Source of the DNA: Ramazzottius varieornatus
Lineage: Eukaryota > Animalia > Tardigrada
DNA: 64,000 nucleotides
Direction: 5' to 3'
Assembly: GCA_001949185.1 (NCBI GenBank)
Contig: BDGG01000002.1
Span: 3,829,046 to 3,893,045, forward strand
Shown: piece after piece, positions 62,201 to 64,000 of the stretch
Position numbering within the stretch: position 1 is the stretch's first letter
Layout of the letters: the number at the start of each line of letters is the position of its first letter
Translations under genes and position numbers: made by a program
The notes under the pieces: generated by a model
Databases searched by the model: none
What the model saw: only the letters and a program-made list of their open reading frames with translations
What the model was told of the DNA's origin: nothing

Positions 62201-62732
62201 TCCGACAGTTTGTCTGGTGATCCTCTGATTAGTATCGTATTTGGTCGCTCTTCCTGTTTTCGAGCTTCGGGGCAATTTCCAGTTACTGGTGGATTTCTTC
62301 TTCTTTTTAGGATGTGAACAGCTCCAAAGGCACTGTTGCTGGAGACGAGACAATGAAGAGTGAAAGAGAAATTTCCCGCGAGAGAATGGCTCAAAGAGGT
62401 GACCATGAAAACATGGCTAGAAATTTTGCATAATATGGTTTCGGAAATTCTTTTGCTTGAATGATGCTTGATTTTATTGGGAAGAAGCATTGCTGTGATA
62501 TTTGATTGAGTCCGGATAGCGTGTGAAGCTGAGTTTGCTCATGGGATTTTGTTTTGCAGCAGAAGACCGGCGTGAACTGGAGCGGCGATACCAGCAACAG
62601 CTGGAAATCGATCGGCGGAAAATTATCGCTCAAGTCGATGGGCTGTACAAACGCAAGCTGCAACAAGTCGTGGTCGAGTTGAAGATTGCACCCACCAGCG
62701 GAAATCATCAGCCAACGCTTTCATCAAAGTAA
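59250..62732 (+). CDS. Long multi-exon coiled-coil protein; possibly CEP152/Asterless-like
   Basis: The spliced start is MDRKQQDSIMLEGGPSMFVPDDDDIDDDDGTDDEQHQLE|MEEELKE. Heptad-rich E/K/Q/L exons lie at about 60390-60526, 60700-61068, 61174-61585, 61897-62123 and 62560-62732. The family assignment is tentative. Confidence 0.65.
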
Positions 62733-63318
62733 AGTGAATCTCTATCAGGACCAATTCCCTCTCTTTTACTTCTAATCATTTTGCCTTCCAGTCATCTAAT
62801 TCGACCTTTTAAGTGTCCTGTTGTGAAACTTACGATGATGGATGAGTCTCTCCATGTTTCTTCCTTTTCCGCATTGTGTGCTTTTTTGAGAGTTTATACT
62901 TTCTTTCTCCGTGTAGTTTTTATGGTCATTCTCAAAACAGTCGACCTTTCTGATAATTTCAAATCTTTCGTTTAAAAACATTCGACATTCCTGAAGAAAA
63001 ACACCAAACAAAAATATTCTCCATAAAATCACGAAGTAATCGTTAAAAATCGAATAAAAAATCCAGTTTAATTTAGGAACAGAATTCACTGGTGGTTATA
63101 AAAGCCCATTTCCGGTAAGGATGCTGGCGCTACAGGACAGAAATGTGAGACCGAAGACAAAAAGATCTATCATGGAGAGAGCAGAAAAGAGGGAAAGGTT
63201 TGCGGGACCGAAGACTCTCGGCTCTGTCGATTAGTGATTGTAATGGAAGGACGGACGAGAGTTTCGAACTGCTATCCTTTTGGCTAACGACTGTAACCAG
63301 CACCTTCCTTCGTGACAT

Positions 63319-63532
63319 TCAACACCAGCCGCCACACCCTGATCGCTTAGTTTCAGGTGGCTCTAGGGAGTCCTGCACCACGATGCGCTTGATTGTCTTC
63401 TGATGAGCGGCTCCGGCACGACGACTCTTCTCCACGGCCTCCTCCATTCGTGTCATAACCAGCTCCAGCAGCTTCTCTACGCAATGGGCAACGTTGTGGC
63501 CGGAAGCTGCGCTGGTCTCAAAGTACGGCATC
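63319..63532 (-). CDS. RAB27: Rab27 GTPase, last exon (rest of gene beyond window)
   Basis: After a TTTCACAG acceptor it reads [36 protein letters not shown], matching Rab27 ([10 protein letters not shown]....LL.L.M.RME..V.KS). It ends in a Cys tail, SGCGGWC*. Confidence 0.85.
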
Positions 63533-63591
63533 CTGTGAAAGAAATTGACAAGCATAGACAAACCTGTGGTTTTCTCATTTCGTTTTTGATA

Positions 63592-64000
63592 CGAGGGAAA
63601 GGACATTAATCCGTCCAGTGAATATTTCGGACATAAATCCGTCCAGATGGTTTTTGCAAAGTCGCTCGTCAAAATTTGTCTCACTGTACCTCAGTCGATA
63701 GGGAAAACCTTCTTATTTCAACGTAACTGATCTGGGAGCCATTTGCCGGAGCACAAACGAGAAAGAAGGATCGGGATGAAACACGCCGAAACGCCATGTT
63801 AAAGAGCCGACGCACGAAAAAAGTCCCAGGCCTGCAGAGGCGTCTGTGTAGTATTTTTGGGTGACTCACCCTGATCGTCGGTTTCACGGCAATCAACGTC
63901 ACAGCTGCTTTTTCATCTAATAAAGTATTCCCTTAAGCGTTTTGCGAGTGCCTTTCACCTCTGTGACGTATTTCCGGCGAGTAAACTGCGTCTCGATGCC
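63592..64000 (+). mobile_element. Second copy of TA-CGAGG family B pogo-like element, in Rab27 intron, runs off window
   Basis: Reverse complement of about 46213-46621 with only a few substitutions. TA at 63590-63591. Confidence 0.92.

Overview
This is eukaryotic (animal) genomic DNA with compact genes and short GT-AG introns, mostly 60-100 bp. The gene style plus plant-type UGTs is consistent with a tardigrade such as Ramazzottius, but that is inference only. Recognisable intact genes are: two soluble plant-type UDP-glycosyltransferases sharing one intron position; an SLC9B/NHA-family cation/proton antiporter that has lost three of its four key charged residues; hexokinase; an M17 leucyl aminopeptidase; SRSF1; a GPI-type extracellular LRR+FN3 protein; a long coiled-coil protein (possibly CEP152/Asterless-like); and the last exon of Rab27. 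There are also several orphan secreted or membrane proteins. Mobile DNA is abundant: a DIRS/Ngaro tyrosine-recombinase remnant, three related TA-CGAGG-ended Tc1/mariner-pogo families (two inserted back-to-back), hAT elements with 8-bp target duplications (one nested), and Sola-like and Helitron-like remnants. The first 2.5 kb holds intron-containing pseudogene fragments (LSM14-like, PSMD12). The most interesting observations are the charge-stripped NHA transporter, a set of competing RNA hairpins downstream of SRSF1, the plant-like UGT pair, a membrane-tethered amphipathic-peptide protein, and a secreted protein with an unfamiliar 4-Cys repeat. All family assignments are by eye and from memory; no searches were run.
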